NCBI GenBank assembly: GCA_964019425.1
Contig: OZ025788.1
Coordinates: 1,302,001 to 1,366,000 of the forward strand
DNA: 64,000 bases
DNA from: Flectonema sp. DT1601
Taxonomy: Eukaryota
Direction: 5' to 3'
Shown piece after piece: positions 63,521 to 64,000 of this stretch (the first letter of the stretch is position 1; every line of letters starts with the position of its first letter). The notes under the pieces are model-generated. The model had not been told where the DNA came from. It ran no database searches and was given only the letters and a program-made list of their open reading frames with translations. Both the position numbers and the translations under genes were made by a program.

Positions 63521-64000
63521 ATGCAAGTTTTCGTGACGTGCCCGGATTTGGGACTCCCCGCGGTGACGGTGACGGCTAGTGCTGATTCGTTTGTGAATGA
63601 CGTATTGATGGCGGCTACTGGGGAGTGGGATGTCGATCCGGAGGAAGTTGAACTCTCGTTTGCTGGTGATACTCTTTGCGAAAATGAGCGGATAGCAGAT
63701 CATGGAGTGGTTGCAAACAGCGAGTTGGAATTGTGTAGGAAGCAGTTTCGGATATTCGGTAAATGCTGGTTCGCTGATGATACAAAACGGGAGAAGCTGC
63801 TTCTTTGGATCAGAGAGCACGCTAAGGAAGATTTATATCTGGACACCCCAACATTCTCAAAGGATGGGTGCCTCACTGTCAACGGTAACCTGCTGCCTTC
63901 GGATGCCGAACGAGTTGCTTTCCGTAATTCAAATTCCAGCAGCACAGTCATCTCACGAGTTACTACTGTCGGAGATAAATTCTTGTATCCCTGTTCACAA
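63521..64000 (+). CDS. Ubiquitin-like-domain protein followed by probable BspA-type LRR start, 3'-truncated (absent from the ORF track)
   Basis: Open frame to the window end: MQVFVTCPDLG...VELSFAGDTLCENERIADHGVVANSELEL (Ubl pattern) ... VTTVGDKFLYPCSQ (BspA/LRR_5-like). Preceded by ttcttacag at 63481. Confidence 0.75.
   Translation, partial: MQVFVTCPDLGLPAVTVTASADSFVNDVLMAATGEWDVDPEEVELSFAGDTLCENERIADHGVVANSELELCRKQFRIFGKCWFADDTKREKLLLWIREHAKEDLYLDTPTFSKDGCLTVNGNLLPSDAERVAFRNSNSSSTVISRVTTVGDKFLYPCSQ

Noticed and set aside
1..64000. CRISPR arrays, tRNA genes, transposase/RT ORFs, telomeric repeats
   Set aside because: None seen: no regularly spaced repeats, no convincing tRNA cloverleaf with T-loop consensus, no mobile-element coding motifs.

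Overview
AT-rich eukaryotic (protist) genomic window with many poly-A/poly-T runs. All 15 recognisable protein genes lie on the + strand, and several have a pyrimidine tract plus AG just upstream of the ATG. This suggests polycistronic transcription with spliced-leader trans-splicing (euglenozoan-like, possibly diplonemid; inference). Genes: a helical-repeat protein (5' truncated), BFR1-like coiled-coil protein, PLAC8, type-B carboxylesterase, MsrB, poly(A) polymerase, DUF4116-like CaaX protein, RING-CH E3 ligase, three near-identical eEF3 copies, a GH31 glycosidase, a VIT-like membrane protein, a DEAD-box helicase, and a ubiquitin-like/LRR protein running off the 3' end. Eight GT-AG introns are supported by reading-frame restoration. 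Main observations: (1) a 23.7-kb gap with no credible ORF (and a 4.7-kb one) is packed with nested, G-U-containing stem-loops and a recurrent motif, resembling a giant structured 3'UTR/lncRNA; (2) cis-intron acceptors are A/C-rich while putative trans-acceptors are pyrimidine-rich, introns cluster at CDS 3' ends, and long introns fold back to a short effective length; (3) eEF3 has a TAP1-like degenerate first ATPase site (E->D, H->Q), and its copies are homogenised from the acceptor AG to the stop codon; (4) an isolated LSU rRNA fragment sits downstream of the carboxylesterase. All RNA structures were found by eye, not computed.
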